A DNA stretch of 64,000 nt from Lama glama. Its lineage: Eukaryota. Numbering within the stretch: the first letter of the stretch is position 1; each line of letters starts with the position of its first letter. Below the pieces are notes generated by a model, which had not been told where the DNA came from, ran no database searches, and was given only the letters and a program-made list of their open reading frames with translations. Of the stretch, positions 39,204 through 51,959 are shown piece after piece. A program made the translations under genes and the position numbers. The stretch is taken from contig CM052816.1 in assembly GCA_028534125.1 (NCBI GenBank), forward strand, positions 90,770,001-90,834,000, read 5' to 3'.

Positions 39204-41464
39204 AGCTCTTTCTATAGATGAGTTTATTTTTAAAATCTAAACAGAGACTCCCTCATTTATTCCCGTTAAATTTCATCTTTTCTGTAGTGGCCAAGTCTTC
39301 AAGGCTTTCACAATGTCTAGGAATCTTGATCCAATTATGCTGTATGATGGATACTTGATCATTTTAAAATCTGGTAAACATTTCTTCGGTGTTTTTGTCA
39401 GAATGACAGATTTGAAAAAAGTTTAGTAGGGCAAAGGCAAATGCATCAACCTCTGGCTTGTCATTTGAAACTGTCCCAAGATTGACACTGACCCAACGAT
39501 AAAACTTTGATTCTCTGGTACATATAGATGCAGTACCATTCAGGCTGTGTTTCTTCATTTTAGCCATCAGCCATGGAGTTTTCAAAGTAGGGTATCCAGG
39601 ATGGCAGAATATATCTGTTATGATGCTAGCAGCCCTTTAAAAATTAGTTTAGTGTGGCAACCTTTTTCTTAGGAAATCCGAGCCAGCTTGGGGTGAGCAA
39701 TACATTCACTAACTATTCCTGGATCATCAATATTTTAAAAATGTACAAAAGTTTGTGTAAGTATTATCAGTTTGTATTTTCTGAGACTTCCGAAAACATT
39801 GGACACTATTAGACCATCTCCTGATACTTGGGTCAGCAAAGAGAAATTCTCCAGTCCAGTTCTTTTCAGTGATGTTAGTTTGAATACAAAAATCCCCAGC
39901 AGAGACAAGTGACACTGGACTGGTCATATCTTACTGTATTTTACTTCTGCTCCAGTGTCTTTCAAAATTCAAATGTTGCAGGTATCCAAGCATGCAGTCA
40001 TCCTGGTGAAGAGAAGGAGGAGAGATTCAAGCAGAAGCCTCTTTTCCAATCTTAATCTCTAAACAGTAGCTGTCCAAATTGTGGAACTTTAGCAGACTCC
40101 TGTGTGACATCGAAGTACCAGGGTTCGAATTCTGTCTTTATCACATACAAGTTTTGTGAGCATGGACAAACCGCTGCATCTCTAATCCGTGATTTCCTCT
40201 TGTAGAAAATGGATAATAGGACCCACCTTATAGTGTTATGGGAGGATGAAATTACATAATTCAGGTAAATTTCACAGAATAAAATAAGTGTGCAATCAAT
40301 GTTTCTAATACTATGTAAGATTTCCTCTTGTATGGAAGGGCAAAGAGATAAATAATCAATAAATTAATTTGCTGGTCAAGAGTACATAAAAAAGAAGTGC
40401 CTATTTCTTGCTAAACTGCTATGTGAGTTAGGAGAAATCATGATGAGTTAAGTGTAGCACAGATGTTGTCTAGTGCTTGGGGAATTTGACTGCAACTTCC
40501 TTGAAAATGTGAGGTTGCATGCCTTTGTAATTCTTTCTCTCTGACAGATGGCATAGATTCAACCTGACTTACGTTGTAAAGACTAGATGCATCTTGATTG
40601 CCTTCTGTAGTGTCACCTGGCTGTCTTAATTGATAGGAGATTAAAAGCAGCAGATTATCAGAGAAACTTGGGAAGTATCACTGTTTCTTTTAGTTTTCCC
40701 TCTTGAGAAAACAAGTTTTCCAGGGAAGGATGTATTTAGAATTTCCAAAAGGAAAAAATGAGGGGAGAAAAAAACACCCTTCAAAGTCACTAATCCAAAA
40801 TATTTGATATTATTTTTAGAGTACCTTTTAAAGAAAACAAACTTTTAAAATCTGTCAAAAGAGAGCAGAACTATTATTTCTGATACTGACTATTTCTGAT
40901 ATGTGTTGGCTTCCTTGAACTGCCATAAAATATTTATGTGAAAAAATCTGAAAGTCTGAGGCATGACAATAGAGTTTATTTTCATCTTATTAATCAGCCA
41001 ATCACAGTAAAGTCTTCTTAAATATCCACCAGACCATCAGACGGAAGTTTATATGGGATTTTTGGATGAAAAAAAAATTATTTTCATAACATTAGCAGTG
41101 ATATAGAGCCTAGCATTATTCTTTTTTTTTTTCCATTTATAAATCTTTATTTGTGTGGTGTATTTCTGAAAAAGGAAGCTGATCTGACTTGGCCTGCCCC
41201 GTCTCTCTCTCTTTCCTATTTTAGTGAGGGTAGCTGTCATTCATTTGCGTATGAGAATGCTGAGATGGTATATAATGAAAGCCTGGGTCTCTAGGGTCTT
41301 TCATCTGTGTATTTATTTTCTGAAGTGCATTCCTTCACGAAATCACGGTCAACTCCACCCTTCCTAAAATAACACCATGGCACTTCAAGATCCATCTCAC
41401 CTCTCCCCTAGTCCCCTAATTGCACTTAAAACTACTGCCGTAGCGTTTGAGGACAGGAGGCTGT

Positions 41465-42498
41465 CAGGGCTGGCTACATAATTTACAGGGCCCAGTGCAA
41501 GATGAAAATATGTGACCTTTTGTTCAAAAGGGAAGAAAAAAGCACCACTAAAAGCCCTAAAATTAAAAGCTTTTTCCTCTCTTCTGTATTCTCTCTCGTC
41601 TCATTCTGGTGGTTTTTTGTCTTTTTTCTTTGCTCTTTAATATCATTTAAGTACAGAATAATTAAAAATGTAAATTGTTAGCAGGAATTTTACTGTCCTT
41701 CCTTATATTGTACAATTCTAATTTTAAATAAAATATCAGAGTGTTTGACAGAAATTACACAATTCATATTTCTCTGCTTGTCCATACATCATATATATTT
41801 TATTCTTACAAGAGCAGTGGGCATGCTGCACAAAACTCACTGGACCTTTTTAATTTCACTTCTTGTTGCACACACGTCTTAACCACCACTTTCTGTCCTT
41901 GAATTAATGATGAGTAAGAAAGAGTTGAAAGAAAAAGTAACCAGTCTTTCCCTCTCCTTCTATATCATCACTTTCAGCACAAGTAGTGGGTGAATAAGGG
42001 AAGTGACATGAATAAGAAAGGATATGATAGGTTCCTTGGTGGCTTGTTTCTTCAAACATCATTGATTTCTTTCTGTGCCCAAAGCAAGTTTTGATTTAAA
42101 AAGAGGTGAGGCCACTTGGGGCTATCATCAGTCACAGACGGAACACCCTTACCCGGGGCTCACTTGGAGTCTCCCTCAAATCCCATGCACCCTGGTCTTC
42201 CAAAAATGTGTGCTCATGAGTCAGTATCAACACGCTATGCAAATGGGACAACAAGGAATGGCTGAGAACAGGGACACTGGGCGTGTCTCCCCTGCTCACA
42301 CACGCCATTGTCCTATTGGACTTCACTTACAAAACACAAGTCCAAAGGCAGGATTATTAAGAATTTCAAGATGGTGGCAACAGAGAATTAAATCATATAT
42401 GGGGCCTTTCTCAGCGTCGGGCCTTTCTGAGTGTGAGCTCTTCTGAGCATGGGGCCCCGAGAAAGGGCACAGCTCATACGCCTAAGAAGCTGGCCCTG
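41465..42498 (-). mobile_element. MER45B-like hAT-Tip100 element, near full length
   Basis: Imperfect TIRs CAGGGCTGGCT ... AGCTGGCCCTG; ~1.03 kb; ends homologous to 55229-55405. Confidence 0.75.
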
Positions 42499-42579
42499 GC
42501 TGCTGCTATGTTGGAGCTCAGTGGCTGTTCTTGTATAACGAGTAGGCTATAAACAGTGGGGCATTGGGTAGATCTTAAA

Positions 42580-43155
42580 AGCTAGAAAGAATTAACATGT
42601 GACCCAGCTATTTCATTTCTGTGTATGTATCCAAAAGAACGGAAAGTAGGGACTCAAACAGGTACTTGTATATCAATGTTCGTGGCAGTGTTATTCACAT
42701 TAGTCAAAAGCTGGAAACTAGATAAATGTCTGTTGACAAATGAATGGGTGAACAATGTGGCGTATATGTACGATGGAATATTATTCAGCTATAAAAATAA
42801 ATGAAGTTGGTATATGCTACAACATAGATGAAACCTTGAAAACATTATCCTAAGGGAAATAAGTAAAAGGAAAAATAACATATGACTCCATTTAGATGAC
42901 GTATCTATAATAGGTAAATTCCTAGAGAACGTAGAATAGAGATTACCAGGGGATGGGGGAGGGAGAATAAGAGTTATTGCCCACTGTTACAGAGTTTCTG
43001 TTAGGGGCGCAATGAAAACATTTTGGAAATAGACATTGATGATGGCTGCACAACACTGTGAATGTACTTAATGTCACTGAACTGTACACTTAAAACTAGT
43101 TAAAATGGCAAATGTTATGTTATATATTTTTTCCATTATACTTTTTTAAAAAGAG
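42580..43155 (+). mobile_element. L1MB-type 3' end
   Basis: ATGGAATATTATTCAGC..CCTTGAAAACATTAT..CTGTACACTTAAAA. Confidence 0.8.
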
Positions 43156-43164
43156 TAGGAACAA

Positions 43165-43602
43165 AACCCCAAACAATCCAATAAAAAAAAAAGGGTCGAG
43201 GAACTAGATAGACATTTTTCTGAAGAACACTTACAAATGGCCAACAGGTACATGAGAAGTACTTAACATCACTAACCATCAAATCAAAAGCACAATGTGA
43301 TTTTACATCACAAGTGCTGGTGAGGATGTGGGAAAAAGGGAACCCTTGTGCACTGTTGATGGAAATACAAATTTGGTGGAGCCATTATGGAAAATAGTAT
43401 GGAGGTTCCTCAAAAAATTAAAAACAGAACTACCATATGATCCAGAAATTCCACTTCTGGGTATTTATCTGAAGGAAATGAAAGCACTGTGGCAAAGAGA
43501 TACCTGTACTCCCATGTTCACTGCAGCATTAGTCACAGGAGCTAAGATATGAAAACAACCTAATTGTCCATTGACAGATGAATGGATAAAGAAGATGTGG
43601 TA

Positions 43603-43664
<62 letters not shown>

Positions 43665-44165
43665 TACATACTATATATCTATAAAATGGAATACTATTCA
43701 GCCTGCTATCTGCAACAACGTGGTTGAATCTTGAGGGTATTATGCTAAGTGAAATAAGCCAGACAAAGTAAGTCAAATCGTATATGTGGGATGATAAAAT
43801 TAAAAAAATTAAACTCTTGGAAACAAAGAGTAGAAAAGTGGTTGCCAGAGGGTAGGGGGTGAGGAAAATAGGGAGAGGTTGGCAAAAGGGTGTAGACGTT
43901 CAACTACAAGCTGAACAGTTCTGAGGATCTAATGTAAAACATGGAGGCAATTGTTGATATCACGGTGTTGTATAATTAAAACTTGCTGCAAGAGGAGAAC
44001 ATAAATGTTCTCACACATGTGCCAAAAAGATAAATATGTGAGGCTTAACAAGGTGATAGGGATCCTTTCACAATAAATGCAGATATCAAATGACCACAAT
44101 GTACACTTTAAATTATCTTACAATTTTATTTGTCAGTTATACCTCAATAAAGGTGAAAAAATTGG
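43165..44165 (+). mobile_element. L1MA-type ORF2 end + 3'UTR with internal (TA)n
   Basis: Peptide VWRFLKKLKTELPYDPEIPLLGIY; ends TACCTCAATAAAG; (TA)n at ~43601-43660. Confidence 0.85.
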
Positions 44166-44544
44166 TGACAAAAATAAACTAAATGAAAAAGAAAAAGAAT
44201 AAAATGAGTTGGAGATGAGGACCCCAACATCTAACCTGTTTGGTCCATGCCTTTTGATAACAATCACCTTACTTCAGAGGCTAATTTGCAGCTCTGTTAT
44301 TGACTAAATCCCTCTGCTTGCTCCCAGGTTAAAATTCATCCTCTTAATTGTAAAGGTTAGGCCACATATTTGTGGATCTGGATTGGAAATCAATTTGGAG
44401 AGATCGATTTTGATAGTTCACAGGATTCTTCTGAACAGTGACCTGAATGCCTAAAATAATACTTTCTTAAGTCTAGAGCAAGTGCACCTACATCTACCTA
44501 CGAATCACCTGAGTAAACTGTGCTTTTAAGAAACTCACCAGGTA

Positions 44545-44668
44545 GTGTTGTCAGATAAGATACCGGCATTGCATAGGACATACTCATACTGAAACATTGT
44601 TTGCTTTTTTCTGAAATTCAAATTGACAGGGCTTCTTATGGTTTTATTTGCTAAATCTGGCAGCCCAG
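44545..44668. mobile_element. MER53-like hAT element
   Basis: GTTGTCAGATAA...ATTTGCTAAATCTGGCAGCCC ends. Confidence 0.5.
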
Positions 44669-44899
44669 AATCTTGGTGATTTTGAGGCAGATGAACACTT
44701 AGAAACACCCAGGTTTTCCCCTGATGAAGCAGTTTTCAATTCCTGAAGGCCTTTTGCTGATCAGGTGTGAGATTTTTGACAGTAATGTCCCAGAACATTC
44801 ACTGCCAGCCACTCTTTCCTGGAAACAGTCCTCTCTCTGGCTTCCGTGTATCCTCCTGGTTTCTTCTCCTCCCCAGTGGGTCCCTCTCCTCAGCCCTAC

Positions 44900-45330
44900 C
44901 AAGGGGTGGATCCTGGTTTTGTGGGACCCAGAGCTTACGCAGTTAGGTGAAGTCTCATTATTAAAAATAATACACAGTCACATTAGGCCAAAAGATGAAC
45001 AAAGTAATCATAACAAATTGCAAATCTTAAAAAATTTGTTATTAATGAACACTCATCTCTAATAATGTTTTCCTACATTTTTTTTGATCAGCATGCCCCT
45101 TAATCCCTTCTTCGAACAATGGCTTTTTTTGAGATAATATTTTCTATAGAGAGAATAAGAATGACAATTCAGTCTCTCTCTAGCACAGTCAATAGAATTC
45201 ACTTTTTATCATTGATAGTGTAGAAGAGTTTCTTTCCGCTTCATAAAGAATACATGGCAGTGTCATGTACATTTTTAGGATTGTTGGCAAGTTAGGGCAG
45301 ACTTGGTTCAAATTTCTTTTATATATGAGC
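44900..45330. mobile_element. hAT-Tip100 (Zaphod-like) fragment
   Basis: GGGGTGGATCCTGGTTTTGTGGGACCCAGAGCTTA terminus. Confidence 0.45.
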
Positions 45331-45571
45331 TGTGAGATTTGGAAGAACTTTCTGCAGACTTGCTTCATTTATTTCAAACCCAGTATTTCCTCCATTTCTG
45401 GTGCTGGGCTACGTGGGGTCATGGTCACGTCTGGTTCCACGTCCCCTGGTTCCATCCAGCAGAGTCAGCAGTGCACAACGCGGGGATATCCTCTGAAGCA
45501 ATCCCTGCATGCAGACAGCTGGCGTGCAAAAGACAACAGACAACACTTCCAAACAAGAAGATACACCTCAT

Positions 45572-45875
45572 CTGTGATGATTAATTTTATGTGTCAACTT
45601 GACCGGGCCATGGTGCCCAAATACTTGATGGAGCATTTTTCTGAATGTTTCTGTGAAGGTGTTTTTTGGATCAGATTAACATTTAGATGGATGGACTTTG
45701 AGTAAATAGATTACACTCCATAATGTGGGTGGGTCCCTCTTACAGTTGAAAGGCTTAGAAGAACAAAGGCTGACCTCCCCTGAGCTAGAAGAAATTCTCC
45801 CAGCAGACCGCCTTTGGACTCAAACTTCAACCCTTCCCTGGATTTCTAGCACATCAGCCCACCCTGCAGATTTTA
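45572..45875 (+). mobile_element. ERVL LTR (MLT2) 5' part
   Basis: TGTGATGATTAATTTTATGTGTCAACTTGAC; homologous to 6301-6927. Confidence 0.8.
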
Positions 45876-45879
45876 CACT

Positions 45880-46236
45880 GGTTAGGGTGGCCATAGCAAA
45901 GTGCCACAGACTGGATGGCTTAACCAACAGAAATTCACTTTCTCACAGGTCTGGAGGCTGAAAGTCCATGATCAAGGTGTCAGCAGGGTTCGTTTCTCCT
46001 GAGGCCTCTCTCCTTGGCTTGCAGGCGCTGCCTTCTTCCTGTGTCCTCACATGGCCTTTCTTCTGCGTGCCTGCATGCCGCTGGTGTCCCTCTCTAAGTC
46101 TAAACTTCCTCTTCTCATAAGAACACAAGTCACACTGAATTAGCCCTGTCTGCAAATACAGTCACATTTCAAGACACTGGAGGTTGGGACTTCAACATAT
46201 GAATTGGGGGTTGGTTGCCTAATTCTGCCCCTAACA
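45880..46236 (-). mobile_element. MaLR LTR (MLT1A/B-like)
   Basis: GATCAAGGTGTCAGCAGGGTT..GACTTCAACATATGAATT..CCCTAACA. Confidence 0.8.
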
Positions 46237-46554
46237 GGTGGTACAAATTGAAAGTCTAAACCAGAATCAGAGCTGCTTGGGTTTATGAGTTCTCAAGAAA
46301 GTTTCTATTTTCATCCCACATCAAGGCCTTAATTGACAAGTTTTCTTGTCAGTGCCTTTGACAAGAGCTGGGAATTTTCCATGCTGTGCATTTCCAAGGG
46401 TATAGCCTTTGGGGATTCATAATTTATGTAAGAGTCTCAGCTGTGACTCATGGATGCTCATCTCCCATTCCTCTTTGGCACGGGGAATCACTTGCCATTG
46501 TGGTTTTTGCGTTATCTTTCTTGGACTTTTGTGGATTCCCTGTACCTTTGAAAT

Positions 46555-46900
46555 TTTTTTAACAACACACTTTTGTGAGGAGTAATTCTAGATTTATGGA
46601 AAAGCGGCAAACCTAATACACATTGTTCCTTTTGTGTTAACATCTTATGTTATCTTGTGCATTTGTCAAGAGGAAGAAACCAACATTGGTACGTTACTAC
46701 TAACTAAACTTTAGACTTAATTCGGATTTCACTGGTGTTTGTACATATGTCCCTTTTCTGTTCCAGGGTCCCACGTTACATTTGACCCTCCTTAGCCTTC
46801 TTGGTGTGTGACAGTTTCTGTCTTTCCTTGCTTCTGTTGAGTTTGACTCAATTTGAGGAGTACTGGCCAAGTGTTTTTGTGGAATGTCTCTCAGTTTGGA
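46555..46900 (-). mobile_element. L1MC-type 3' fragment
   Basis: TGTTCCAGG..GTGACAGTTTCT..GAGGAGTACTGGCCA. Confidence 0.7.
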
Positions 46901-47681
46901 TGTACATGAATAATAAAGGATGCCCAACATGATAAGGTGCTTGCGGGGAGAGGAGCTATCTATTCAACATGGTGCTGAGACAGGAAGCCTCTGCCCTCTG
47001 ATGCCGCCCTTTGATTCCACAAGCTCCCCAGTATACTGCAAATAAATTCCTTTCCCCCTTAAGTTTGCCAGCACTCGTTTTTCTTGCTTAATTCAAAGAG
47101 CCCCATGACTAATTCACAGCCCATGATGTATCTGCATGTCACTGTTCCCACCACCCAGTCATGCTTATTTTCTGGCTATACCAAATTAATATATTTTTAA
47201 CATATTCAGATTCTTGCAAAACTCTTCATGACTTTTTCCATTTGCAAAATTCTCTGCACCTACTCAGATGTCAGTGTCCAGACCACTGGCATTTTATGTC
47301 CTGCTAAATGTTGTATTCTGATGAAATTTTTCTGTTTGTTCTGGGGCAGTGATCAGAACCCAGGGGGCCCGGTGTCAGAAGGTGGAGGCAGAAGGCGTCT
47401 AAATAGGACTATTTTTCCCAAAGGCAAAGAAGCTGAAGAAGTGGAGGAATTGTTTTTCAATCCAGGTAAGCGGCCAGGGTCAAAAAGGAGGAAGGTGCGA
47501 GGGGAGGGGGCTCACAAGGCTCCAGGCCAGGTCAGAGCTGTCCCTGCTGTGAAAACACAGGCACCGCCGCCTGGCCAGGCAGGACAGCTGGCTGGACACA
47601 CTGTGGCCCACTGCCAGGTGGAAGGTCAAGGGTGGACCGAATGGAATTTGTCCTATTCCTTGTCTTAAAAAAGAGGGAAGG

Positions 47682-47770
47682 TGGGAGAGGGTAGTAGCTC
47701 AGTGGTAGAGCGCATGCTCAGCATGCACGAGGTCCTGGGTTCCATCCCCAGTGCCTCCATTAAAAAAAAA
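47682..47770 (+). mobile_element. tRNA-Ala-derived SINE (short Vic-1 type)
   Basis: tRNA-like head, CCA, TT and polyA; 15-bp TSD AAAAAAGA(G/A)GGAAGG (47667-47681 / 47771-47785) at a TT/AAAA site. Confidence 0.9.
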
Positions 47771-48409
47771 AAAAAAGAAGGAAGGAAATGACCGCTTTTG
47801 AGCACCCACTGCATGCCAGGCATTGCTTTAGGTGCTTTCCCTATCTTTTTCAATCCTGGGAATTAGGGGATAATTTCCCAACCTCACATTAAACAAAGTT
47901 GTAGAGAGGTAAAGTCTGACTTTTGAATTCAGTTCTTACTCTGAAGTTCATGGTCTTTCAGGACAGACGAAAGAGCATAAGCTTGAGAGACCTCACGGAG
48001 CTGTGTGCCACGCCCAACCGCGGGAAGGTGGGCAGTTGCTTGAATTCTGAGTCTCGATTTGCTCCTGCATAAAATGGGTAGCATGGAACCCCCCTTGCTG
48101 ATTCGATAACTCAAGCAAAGCATTTAGAGCAGCGCCCCGCCTGCACCAGCTCTTGTTAGCACACCTTAGCCTTCAGTGGCAATGGTAGTGCTAGTTAATA
48201 TTGGTGTTATGATTAGGCTGGGCCAGTGTTAACATGCAAGCCCTTTAGTTAATAATACTGTCACCCCTTCATTTGTGCAATAGACATTCCTCTGGGTGCT
48301 TGAGATATAGCAGGGGATAAAAGAGACAAACACCCTGCTCCCAAGGAGCTAGCGTTCCAGTGGAGGAAGACAGACAACCAACACATAAACACAGCAAGCA
48401 AGTAAGCCC

Positions 48410-48602
48410 GGGATCAGCAAACCTCCCTGAAAGGGACAGAAATCAATAGTTTGGGCTCTGTTGCAGCTGCTTGACTCTGTATTGCAAAAGCAGCCCTGGA
48501 CTGTCTGTCAGGAACTGGGGGTGGCTGGTTCCGGTAAAAGTCCATTTCAAGAACAGGTTTTGCACCAGATTTGGCCCATGGACTGCAGTTTGCTAACCCC
48601 TG
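48410..48602 (+). mobile_element. MER58A within L2 fragments
   Basis: TCAGCAAAC...GATTTGGCCCATGGACTGCAGTTTGCTAACCCCTG. Confidence 0.75.
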
Positions 48603-49220
48603 AGGAAAACAAAGAGAATATAAGATCATTTCAAAGAGTGATAAAGGCTATGAAAAAAAAAAGAGGTGGAGTGACGTGACCCAGTGTCACTGCAGAATTA
48701 GACTGGCTGATTCGAGGACACCTGAGTTGAGTTCTGAGCGAGGAGACAAGGCAGCCATGCAGAGTGAATGGGGATAAGTGAAAGGTGAGGGGAGACATTG
48801 CAGGTACAGGAAACACATGTGCAAAGGCCCTGAGGCAGGATTGAGTTCCAGAAGGCCAGAGTGATTGTAAGGTAGGTCCTGCAGGGTTTTATCAGTCTGA
48901 AGGGAGCTGGTATTTAATGCTAATTGTACAGGAGTCCCTGGAGGAATTTAAGTGCAGTTGTAAAGTGCTGTTGATTTACACTGTAAGATTCCAGTCTCTC
49001 CCACCTCCTCTGTGATGGTTTAACTACTACCACAGCTGTGGAGATGCCGCCTCCTGCCTCCCATAATCCTCTACCTTCTTCACAATTATCCCAAGTTCCT
49101 TTGAACATGTGTGTGTCATGTTTTCAACCAGATGATAAATGCTGCTATGCATTACTTTATTTTCTGAGTCTTAACCCCTCCAAGGGCAAGCGCAATAATT
49201 TATGAAACAGTAGCTGTAAA

Positions 49221-49640
49221 CAGGGGTGTGCTCATACTCACTCAGGAGAACAGACTTAAGTTTTCAGGCATTTTGTGAGCCAGGTGTTCAGCACAGCCAT
49301 TAGTCAAAATGAAGTTATACAAACTTACAATTAAATAAATTATATTAAAACTCCAAATAGTACACCCTCAGCCCTTACTGCTTACAAATTATTCTAGTAC
49401 ATTTTTATTCTTATCCATGCACTTGAAGTTAGCGATGTCCACTGCATCGTGTGTGGCGGAAATACTGAATAGTGATGTGCTTCTGTGCAGGTCTTCCCCA
49501 CTCCACGTTCGGGGAATCCCTAAAGTCAGCCCCGGTGAGAGTATGTGCGCTGCAGAAATCAGCAAACGCTGTGGTGTAGATCAGGGCTATCCTTTACAGA
49601 GAGTCAGTTTTCAGACATGTACAGCATACTATGCTACACT
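49221..49640. mobile_element. MER63-like hAT-Blackjack fragment
   Basis: GTGAGCC..CACAGCCATTA..AAACTTACAATTAAATAAATTATATT. Confidence 0.65.
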
Positions 49641-49867
49641 AACTTAACGGGGGTTTAACGCAAATTTTGGGGTTTGTGTCCTATAACTCTACACACACGC
49701 GCTCTCTGCCTAACCGTCCTTGGTACCCTTTGCTGAAATGCTCTTCGTAACTTGGGGTTTTGCCCTGTGCCTAGAATGTGCTTTGCTCTCTTTGCCACCT
49801 GGTAGAGGCCTACTCATCCACTGAGTCCTGGTTCAAGTGCAGCTCTCTGGGAATTTTCTCCGGATTT

Positions 49868-50263
49868 ATTATTAGTTTGCTAGAGCTGCCATCACAAAAT
49901 ACCCTGACTAGGTGACAAACAGCAGATTGATTTTCTCAGTTTTGGAGGCTGGGAGTCCCAAGAGCAAGGTGTTGGCAGGGTTGGTCTCTTCGGAAGCCTC
50001 CCTCCTTCGCTCACAGATGGCTGACTTGCTGCGTCCTCACGTGATCTTTCTTCTGTGCAAGCATCCCTGGTGTCTCTGTGTGTGCTCAGACTGCCTCTTC
50101 TTATGAAGACATCAGTCATATTGGATTAGAGCCCATCCTAATGGCCTCATTTTTAATTAATCACCTTTTAAGAGCCCTGTCTCCAAACACAGTCACGTGT
50201 CAGGGTGTTGGAAGTTAGGACTTCAACATATGAATTTAGGGGGACATGACTCAGCCCATAACA
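49868..50263 (-). mobile_element. MaLR LTR (MLT1A/B-like)
   Basis: TATTAGTTTGCTAG..CAGCCCATAACA; homologous to 45880-46236. Confidence 0.8.
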
Positions 50264-50699
50264 CTCCCCTAGGCTTCACTTTTTATTTTAAAGTTCCCCT
50301 GAAAACTTTATGTATGCTCTGCTATAGAAATTTCCATAGTCATTTCAAAATTATCTTTCAGTAGCTCACTCTCTCTCTCTGCAACTGGTCTATTGATTTC
50401 GTTAGAGATCCTGTCTTACTCATTTTTGTATTTTCTAATACCTGACATCAGAGATACAACATGAACTCTTTAAAAAAATAATCGAAAGAAAGAATAAATG
50501 AAGTTCTGTTTTGATAAAAGAAATGAGTATTTTATTTTTTCAAAAAAGGTTAACCGTATGATTTTATAGGTGTCACAAACTCAGAAAGCGTAGAAAAATA
50601 TCAAGAATAATTTTAATTGCCTGCCCTTGTTACCAAGAGATAACATCTGTTAAACGTTCTTCTTTTCTATACAATTAATTTTGTCAGATGGGAAGAGAT

Positions 50700-51150
50700 G
50701 GGCAGCTATTCCCTAGTACCTCTTGGTTTCTTCTCCCAAGTAACAGTTTTTAGCTGGGTAGCTAAAAATCCAGAATAAATGTCACATGTCTCAGTATTCC
50801 TCGCAGCTGAAGACAAAATTCTGGCCAAGAAGGAGAAGGCGCAATGTGTGAAGACTCCTGGGAACCTGCCATAAGAGACAGTGGGTGAGCTCTTTGCCTC
50901 CTCCATCAGCCATGGCCCTCTCACTGCTTCCTGCAGCCTAGGAAGCTGAGGCTGCCTTCATAACATGTGAGGCTGAGGGTCACAGTGGCCCACTGCAGAG
51001 AGAGACAGCGCTGGAAGGAGCTGATGTCCTTGGAGACTTTACAGAACATCCCAACCCTCCAGGCTTTGTTTATAAGAGAAGAATAAACATATCTGCTTAT
51101 AGACACTGTTTGTTTGTTTTACTTAAGTTTCTGTAGCATGCAGATGAAAC
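50700..51150 (+). mobile_element. MaLR LTR (MLT1I/J-like)
   Basis: GAGAAGAATAAAC..TTCTGTAGCATGCAG end motifs. Confidence 0.55.
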
Positions 51151-51223
51151 ACATCATTTTGTAGCTTATTCCTGTCTCCACATCAATAAATATGGATAGT
51201 TTGCTGGATTAAAAATAGCCACA

Positions 51224-51959
51224 GAGGAGTACAGTTTGGTAGTTCTTTAAAGAGCAAAACAGAATACCATCTGGCCCTGCAATTCCATCCCTAGGTATAC
51301 ACCCCAAAGAATTGAAAACAGGTATCCAAGTATTCACAATGCCACTATTCACACAGCCAAAATGTGAAAACAATCCAAATGTCCATCAAGTGACAAATGG
51401 ATACACCAAGTGTGGTCTAGCCATACAATGGAATATTACTTAGCCACGAAAAGGAATGAAGTACTGATCCAGGGTACAACACAGACGGACCTTGCAAACA
51501 TGCTGATTGAGAGGCCAGTCATAGAAGATAGGCATGACTCCATGTATATGAAATATCCACAATAAGCAAATCCCTGGAGACAGAAAGCAAATTGTTAGTG
51601 GCTTCCGGAGGCTGGAGGTAGGTATGAATCACAGTGACTGCTTAATGGCTGTGAGGTTTCCTTTTGAGGTGATGAAAATATTCTGGAACTAGACAGAGGG
51701 CTGCACAACGCTGTGAATGTATTAGTGACACTGTATAATTTAAAATGGTGTGTGTATTGTGGGGAGGGTATAGCTCATTGGTAGAGTGCCTGCTTAGCAT
51801 GCATGAAGTCCTGGGTTCAATCCCCAGTATCTCTGCTAAGACAAATACATAAATAAACAAACTTAATTACCTGCTCCCCACCCTCCCACCCCCCACAGAA
51901 GGCCTAAAATGGTGAGTTTGGTGTTATGTAAATTTTTACTGTCTCCCCCCCCCCCCCAA
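51224..51959 (+). mobile_element. L1MB-type 3' end
   Basis: CTAGGTATACACCCCAAAGAATTGAAAACAGG..ATACAATGGAATATTA..GGTGATGAAAATATTCTGGAAC. Confidence 0.8.
51761..51904 (+). mobile_element. tRNA-Ala-derived SINE (Vic-1 type) inside L1MB
   Basis: GGGGAGGGTATAGCTCA..GGTTCAATCCCCAG; TSD TAAAATGGTG (51741-51750 / 51905-51914). Confidence 0.9.

Noticed and set aside
47682..47759. Functional tRNA-Ala gene
   Set aside because: It has a polyA tail, a 15-bp TSD, a disrupted acceptor stem and no T-run terminator, so it is a SINE. The same applies to the other three copies.
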